From contig OZ024743.1 in assembly GCA_964016885.1 (NCBI GenBank), positions 15,810,001-15,874,000 of the forward strand: 64,000 nt of DNA. Direction: 5' to 3'. The position numbers were made by a program, and so were the translations under genes. The DNA is from Eledone cirrhosa. Lineage: Eukaryota. Positions within the stretch are counted from its first letter, which is position 1, and each line of letters opens with the position of its first letter. This document shows, piece by piece, positions 55,690 through 64,000 of this stretch. The notes below the pieces were generated by a model. That model saw only the letters and a program-made list of their open reading frames with translations, made no database searches and was not told where the DNA came from.

Positions 55690-56055
55690 CATGTCACCAA
55701 CATAAACACTTTACAGGGTGAAAAGGGTATTTATTGTATATATCACTAACATGATCACTCTACAGGATGGACTGGGTGCATTTTATCATGTAACCGGCAT
55801 GACCACCTTTCTTTCCAGACTGGGTACTCTTTGTCATGTCAGCAACCAGGCCACTCCACAGGATGGACCAGGTACCTTCTTTCATGCCACCAACATGACC
55901 ACTTTACAGGGTGGATTGGGTGTCTCCTGTTATGTAACCAGCATGACCACCTCATATGTTGATTGGGTGCATATTTGTCAGGTCACCAGCATGACCACCT
56001 TGCAGGGAGGACTAGGGGCTCTTTTGTCATGTCACCAACATGACCACCTTACTAG
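55690..56055. repeat. 48-bp minisatellite (~8 units) within an RTE-tail-type element
   Basis: CATGTCACCAACATGACCACTTTACAGGGTGGACTGGGTGC-like units at 55690, 55739, 55787, 55835, 55883, 55931, 55979 and 56028. Confidence 0.85.
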
Positions 56056-58071
56056 GTGATCTAAGAGATTTTAGCCATTTCAGCATCATTGTGGGGAGCA
56101 TGTTTAACTTTCCATGCTTCAATGCATGGGTTGGTCAAGAGCGGTACATCAGTTGTGGGGCTGGGGTGTTGGTTATATGTAGAGTGGGGATTAGAGATGT
56201 ATGTCTACAGTGGAGTACTTAGCCAGAGAAATGTGGAGCGTTAATGCATGGCTGGTGTATGGAAAGAGCAGGGCGAGAAGTAGTGTATATGAGAGACCAC
56301 TATGTATTTGCTTCATCCCATACACATGAGATATATATGAACATATATATTTGGCAAAATCTAAATCCATTTAATGTAACAATTATAAAAATATAAATTC
56401 TGTCAAATTAAAGGAAAAGACAATCTTAAATACAACCCTGTGCTTTTTCACTTTTACTTTTTACCTATGTGTGTGTGTGTGTGTATGTGTGTGTGTTTGT
56501 GTGTGTTTGTGTGTGTATTTATATATATATATCATGACAATACACTGCTTACTCATTGATTTGTGATACATAGATTGTTGTTGCTGAACAGAAAATATAC
56601 CTTGATCAAGCAAAGCTAGGATGAAATGAATTTCAGCTGTGACCCTCTTCTCATTTTATATAATGTCCTTTCACTTTTCAGATAGTATGGAAAGATATAG
56701 GGGAGGTATTTTCACTATTTCTTGCAGGTCAAGCAACCAGACACAGATGTCTGTCAAAATCATGTACGGGATGAATTATAGTGTCTCAAAACGTAGACAT
56801 TAGATATTTAGTTTCCTGAAACTTTTGATTTCATCATCTAATTACATTGCCAACTGTTCACATGAAACACTGGTTACTTATTTATAATGGAAATATTTAT
56901 AGACTAGTTGACATTTCATGATTTATCATTTGAAAGTAAGCTGATGCAATCTGAATGTACATATACTCTAATATCTGCCATACAGTTCACTAATAAATTC
57001 TATTGTATCTCTCTGCATGTACATATGTATGGAACTTTAAGACCTAGTGAAGTCTTAGGAGTCTGTTGTGCGTTACGGCATATTTTGGGCATTTTAATTC
57101 CTGTCAAGCTCATCTCCAAATGTGAACACAGTTGATTTTTTCCAGAGAAGCAGATAAAGTGAGGATGTGTAAAATGTATATAGAGGAAGAATTGACCTCA
57201 GTACTTGACTATTACTTTTTTCTCCAGCTTGAAAGGATGAAAAATACTATTTACCACAGCAGAATTTGAATGCAGATTGCAGAGAGCAGGGATGAATACA
57301 GCAAATGGTTCTCTCTGACTCTCTAATGATTTTAACAATATCCAAGTATAGACACGGAAGAAAACGGTTGGATAATATCCATGGGCTTTGCTGTTCTCAC
57401 TTGGGGATCCTCTTAGATCAATTGGAGATGGTTGCTTCTGACAGGACTAACTGAAAGGTATACTTGAAAACTCTGCCACCAGGAAGAAGTGGGTGAGGAA
57501 GAAGAAGGAGCATAGGCAACTGGATTTACATTAGTACATAATGTATATTTATACTATTGATTCTGATTGATTTTGGTGGTAATTGAATTCAGAATGCAGT
57601 TTGACAAAACCAAATCCTGTACACCATATTATTCTAGTGATTTAGTTTATTGACCTGAAATAACCCCTGTTATATTTTGGTGAATACTTCATAGATTTTC
57701 TGCCATTGAATCTGAATGGTGTTTTACTTATTTTCATGTAAATACCAAATTTTAAATATTGTGATGGAGTAGTATACCCATCAAAGAAGTTGCATGATAT
57801 CACAAATGACAGACAATTATCATGCAACAAGAATATCAATATATATTTGTTTTGAAAAAGTTAATGTAAAAATGTACTTTGTGCCTCTGTTCCACAGGGG
57901 GTGGGGGCATATTTCAATGCAATGTATGCTTTGCTTTAAAACATACTCTTTCCTGTTAATATCAATCTTTTCAATAGCATCAAAGTGAGAAGGAAATGAA
58001 AGTTGTCAGTTGATATGTAGGCTTTTGTTTTGACGTTTATGAGAAATATATATACATATATATATAGGTAC

Positions 58072-58130
<59 letters not shown>

Positions 58131-58547
58131 AGAGTGTGTAAATATGTATTATGTGTTTGTGTATAGCATGAAGAGTTTCTGTAGACCAGATAGAGGGAAG
58201 AGAATAAAATATAATCTTATAAATAAATTTTCAACACAGTTGCCTACTACCTGAGGTTTCGAAGCATACTCTAGTCTTAGAGAAGGTATATCTGCCAATG
58301 CCGCTTATCTTTCGGAAAGTACCATCTTGGTATTGCCTAAAAGATAAGCAACACTCAAAGATATACTGTCCCTAAGACCTATGCAAACTAGGCTTTTGAA
58401 CCTTGGGTATTGAGAATTCATTATAACAAAATATATATATCAATTTCATCATAATAATAATTATCACCATTTTAACGACAGGTTGTCAATATATATATAT
58501 ATATATATATAAACACATATATATATATATATTTATATATATATATA

Positions 58548-59100
58548 CCATCCTCATTATCATCATCGTCTAATGTCCATCTTCCACGCTAGCATGGGTT
58601 GAATGGATTTGTTCCACTTGAGGTGGGATTGGTTGGGAGATTGTGTCTCGCTCATACAGAACTGTCCCTGGCAGGTCTTCTACGGTTAGATGCCCTTATT
58701 AACACCAACCACATTTACAGTGTGGACTGGATGCCTTTTTACCGTGTCTCTCACATGACCACTTTACAGTGGATGGAGTAGGGTGTGTAGAGTGAGTGTA
58801 TATTGGGTTAAGAGGTACATACTGACTGTAGGTTTAAGTTTGTATGCAAGGCAAGGTCGGTTTTCTGTACAACTCCATAGCACCAAAGATCTCGATCAAG
58901 ATACATTGTCTTAGAGAGGTGTAAGTGAGCAAGTTCAATTTTATCAACTCATCCCAGGTTTTTCTTGGTCTACCCACTCCTTAGCTTCCATCAATTTTGA
59001 TCACTCTGCACTTTTTTATACAGCTTTTGTCCTTCATATGCATCACATGTCCATACCAACGCAATCTCCTCTCCAGAACACAACATTTGATAACTCTTAT
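58548..59100 (-). mobile_element. Older RTE 3' copy
   Basis: RRLRWYGHVMHMKD plus diverged 3' UTR and (GAT)n tail. Confidence 0.8.
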
Positions 59101-59121
59101 GTATATATATGTGTGTGTATG

Positions 59122-59181
<60 letters not shown>

Positions 59182-60203
59182 CGCTGACTGAATATGTACA
59201 TGTGTTTTCCCCTTTTTTTTCTTTTTTTTTCCCATTTCCTTCTTCTTCTCACTCTTCCTATTTAAACTTCCATTTCTAACCCTATTTTCTGATGAAGGAC
59301 AGTTTCCAAAACGTTATGACACTTTTCCAGTTATTTCAAGCGTTAAAATAATATATTTCTTCATTGTACTGTGTCATTTGCTTTGTAATTTTTGTTTACT
59401 CTATTCTTACTTTGTTATTTCCGGTTACTTGCCATAGTGTTTTCCTACAACGAGTGGGATATATACACATAGTAATTCACTGAAGCAATGCATGGGGCAC
59501 TATGCCGTTTAGCAATAACATGGTGTTTATGGTATATATTCAACTTCTCCTCTTATTCCAAATTATTTTTATTCTGATGATGGAATTATAATTCTTCCAA
59601 TATTGGTTATTCCAATTTTTTTGAATAATTAATGTTTCATGAATTCCTGAAAGTATGGTTGGCGAATGATATGAGTAAAACCTATTTATTTTAATTCAGT
59701 CTAGCTTATCTCCCACCAAAGAGGGATTTAGGCTTAAGTTTAATAAGTTTAATCACTTCTCTGAGTAGATAATTTATTAATATATCTTATTTCATTGAGA
59801 TGTCTAAGTATTAGAGAAAGATAACTTTATAAATTGATATATATAAAGATGATGAGATATAGTGGAAAAATCGATCCTAATAGTTGACTCGTACTATTTT
59901 ATCAACCTCGATTGGATGAAATGGCACAATAAATTAAAAAGAAATTTTGGCACAAAATGCATCCACACCCATATGGATATATATATATGTATGTAAATAT
60001 AATATATATATATGTAAAAGGTAAACAGAAATATCAACACAATCGGTACAGTATATGGAAGGAATATATTAGTCTAATGTTTGAAATAGCAGGAAGAGGT
60101 TCTTAACATTTCGAATGCTAGTCCTTCATCCGAAAAATGAGAAATCAGAACGGTTGAAGGGACGTGCAGGGCAGAATCGTATATATATTTATATATATAT
60201 ATA

Positions 60204-60711
60204 TCATCATCATCATCATCATCATCACCGTTTTACGTCCGTTCTTCCACGCTAGCATGGGTTAGACGGGTTGTCCTGTTGTGGGCAGTGTCTGGTCGGC
60301 TGACCATGCCTTGCTCATACAGGAACTGATCTGGCTTGATTTCTACAGCTGGATGCCCTTCCTAACACCAACCTCATTTACAGTGAGTGCTGGGTGCTTT
60401 TTCGTGGCGCCTACACGTCCACTTTACAGTGTGGGCTGGGTGCTTTTTTGCCGTGGCACCTCCACGACCACCTTGCGGTGGGGGGAGTGGGGGCATATTG
60501 TTTATATGCTTCAGCATGTACCCATGGGAGGTCGGGTACCCTGTATTACTGCGTGACGCCAGAAGTCACGGTCGTGTGTCATTGACTTTGAGAGGTGTAG
60601 TTGGGTAAGGTCGGCTTTTATCACCTCATCCCAAGTCATCTTGGGTCTCCCCACTCCGCGGTTTCCATCAACTTCTAGTGCTCTGCACCTTTTTATGCAG
60701 CTGTCATCCTT
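60204..60711 (-). mobile_element. Young 5'-truncated RTE LINE
   Basis: Near-identical to 49701-50205; 9-bp CTGTCATCC duplication at the truncation junction. Confidence 0.93.
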
Positions 60712-62324
60712 CTGTCATCCACTGATTATATATATATACATACTGTGTCAACATTATATGCATATCAGTAAGTTTGTATCACAAACAATAACAAAGTAAC
60801 ATAGATAATCTGACATCAAACCTTTTGGGAATGCTTGGCATAAAAATAATTCATACAAAGTTAAGGAACTAATGTCAATGATATAGCTTTATATGACACT
60901 AGAGATAATAAAATTACTGCCAGTTATCGTTATTTTTGTTTATCTTGAGGGCAATCTTGATGAATCAAGCCAATTATGCAAATATTCAACCATGACAATC
61001 CTATTTATTTAAGACATATCTACATTAAGCAATGTGCGCTTCATTTCCATTTAAAGCCAGAAAGATGCTGTTTGAAGAAGTGATTTGGTTGCCAATTCCT
61101 GCAGGTCAATAAACTCTATAGTGGCTCCATGTTTGTCCTTGTACAGGTACCAAATATTATATTGAGGTCAAAGTGTTATGACTTCCTTTACTTTAAAAGC
61201 CTATCGGTTGTATTTTTGAAGAAGATTTAGCAATTTGAATATTGGCAAAGTTATCAAGTTACCAATATTGTGGTCTAACAGCCAATTATAAATCCTGTAT
61301 AAAGGGATACTGTTTACAACGACTCCATGTCTTAGAATGTTATACAAAACAACTTCAGAAACCTGTAAAGTTTTTGATTATACTATGTTGCAGGTTTAAT
61401 AATGGCCTAAACCAGAACAAAATTTATGATAACTATCTAGCTATTTGCATTAAAATAATCAAACAAGATCATTAGCTTGAGTACCCAATTGAAATGTAAA
61501 GAAATTTGATTTCATTCTATTCAATATAACTATTATTTCTTTGAGAAAGTAGAATTGAAATGGTATGAGAAATTGTATTCAGCTGATTAATAGTATCTAG
61601 TTCACATGCATTTTGTATTTTTATTTAATCATTTAGGAATGTTTCGTATAAAAAGAAATCATACTACATTAGGAAATTTATATTCAATGATGTTTGCTGG
61701 ACTAAGTACCACAATTTCTTTCAATAATAAGTTTTCGTTATATAAAAAGAAACAAGCATTAAAAAACCCTGAAAGTCTTTCAATAGGCAACATGTATTTT
61801 TTGCATGTTGTGTTGTATGTATCTAATATGTTCCCTTTCATGTGGCTATGCATGTATAGAGGGGTAGATAAGTATATATGTGTATGTTTGGGTGTGCATT
61901 TGAATGTGTGTCTATATGCATGTGTTTCCATGGAGGCATAAGAAATTATGAAGCATTCCCCGATGTAAGTGTTCATGAACAGAGATATCCATATTTCTCT
62001 GATCAATACAAATATAATTATGTGCCAAGAAATATTTCTTGAATGTGCAGAGTAATAGATAGGTAGATAGATAGAAACATTCGTAGATAAACAAATAAAT
62101 AAATAGATATGCCAGAAAAACTAGTTATAGCCAGAAATAGGCAAGTTGCTATTTTTTAATGGCTCTGCATATGTTCACACACGCGCGTGCATGGACACAC
62201 ACACACACATATATATATATATGTATGTATATCTATTTATATATATGATATGTTATATATATATGTACACACACACACACGCATATATATATATACACAC
62301 ACACATATATATATATATACACAC

Positions 62325-62409
<85 letters not shown>

Positions 62410-64000
62410 GTGTGTCTCCATCCAATCCTTTCTCACAATGAAAAAGGATATTAAATAATGATGATGATATATCTATATATCTATGTGTGTGTATGTAATC
62501 AATATTTTACACAATACTTTCATACCAGAATACTATATTTCTCAGCTGTTTACTGGTGATCATGTCTTCATCACCTACTTCTTGCAGTGCTTCATATTAT
62601 TTATGCTACCAGGACATCTTTAACCAAAAGTATATAACACTTTGTTCCGAATTACACATAGAGATTTGATATCAAACTGGTTGCACATATAACCATTCCA
62701 GTGCAGCTGTTTACGATGTGTTTCTTTTTTCACTCATATTCTTCTGTCATATAGATGGTGAAGCATTTTCTGGTTCTGTCTGTCACTAGATCATAAATCA
62801 TCACTTTGCTATCTTTCCTATGTAGGGCATTGTTGGCCTAGCTACAATCCCTGTGATGAAAATATTTTGATTTTGATTACTTATTCATTTTATGAGCAAA
62901 TTGACACCAGAATTAGGGCTGATGGTAATCGATTAATGTCTTGAGCTGATCTGTTGCAACACATGTGTTTCACACACTGATTTATATGGACTATTGTTGT
63001 TCAAATGCAATTGGCTCACCTAATAATTAATCATTAAAATAATAGTAAAAAACTTGTGTAAGGTACTTATGGAGAAGTAAAAACCTGGACAGAAGAACGA
63101 AGCACTCATGAGGAACTGAACACTGTACTTATGATTGCTATGTGAGTGCATTAACCAGCATATATAAGGGATACCTAGCTAATAGTAGTGATAATGTTGA
63201 ATATTTTAAGCCTCAAGCTAGTAAAGATGCAGTTGACTTAAGAAAAATTGTGATGATTTGAAATGTAAAACCCATATGATTATTATTGTAGTCATCTATG
63301 ATGGGACAACTACATTTCAAATCTCACATTTTCTCACTGCTTGTTAAACTAATCAGATGTTCACTTTTCTAGCTACAGGCTGGAAATCATCTAGAAAATG
63401 ACTATGAGTAGCCAGAGATGCCATAGTTTAATGGTCAACACACTTGATCAGCATCTGTGAAATACAGAGGTCAATTGATCACAGAGAACTTTCTACAAAT
63501 TTTCCCTCTCAAAAGACACTTTATCAAATGCTTCCAACTATAATATATTGTGATTGACTATCATTGTAGTCATGTGCGTTGGGACAACTGCATTTCAAAT
63601 TACAAATCTGCCAAATACTTCTAAGCTCAACTGGATTTATCATCATCATTATTATTTAACACCCTTTTTCCAAGCAACCAAGGGTTCAACATCATCATCG
63701 TTTAACGTCCATCTTCCATCCTAGCATACACACATATAAATATATATATATGTACATGTCGAACCCTTGCTACATAATAGTTGAAGTTGGTGGCAATATC
63801 CATTGAAACACGCACCCTATTAATTATATATTCATATACATATATGTGTGTGTATATCGTTTAACGTCTATGATAATATGTATATATACGTATAATCAGT
63901 GTGCTATATTATTGGTTATTGTTAACAATTGCATACTCAAGAAATTCTTAATGAAACAGATTTAATATTTCTCATGTATGCAATGTATAAAACTCTGTCA

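Noticed and set aside
55690-56055. CRISPR-like periodic array / 113-aa repeat protein
   Set aside because: Degenerate tandem units without unique spacers, no cas genes, eukaryotic context.

Overview
AT-rich eukaryotic DNA, dense in (TA)n, (CA)n and (GA)n microsatellites and dominated by transposons. The repeat content (RTE LINEs with (GAT)n tails, tRNA-derived SINEs, Penelope-like elements) suggests a cephalopod, octopus-type genome (inference). Most listed ORFs are microsatellite or antisense artefacts. Main elements: a complete but frameshifted 6.6-kb Helitron (27951-34507) joined head-to-tail to a non-autonomous relative, plus a third small Helitron; a Neptune-type Penelope remnant with GIY-YIG endonuclease and ~950-bp inverted arms; several young RTE copies with a PHD-like finger in the RT region; and relics of mariner, hAT, R4/Dong, BovB-like RTE, CR1 and L1/Tx1 elements. 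The most interesting non-annotated signal is a set of type I hammerhead ribozyme motifs (CUGANGA...GAAA-palindrome-UH) from several families, many in short non-coding modules embedded in (TA)n and several followed by AATAAA; some copies appear inactivated at the same CpG. There is also evidence for a minus-strand host gene: two exons encoding a type II membrane-anchor N-terminus, a candidate promoter near 46.5 kb, and a strong AG|GTAAG recursive-splice-like site at 19930.
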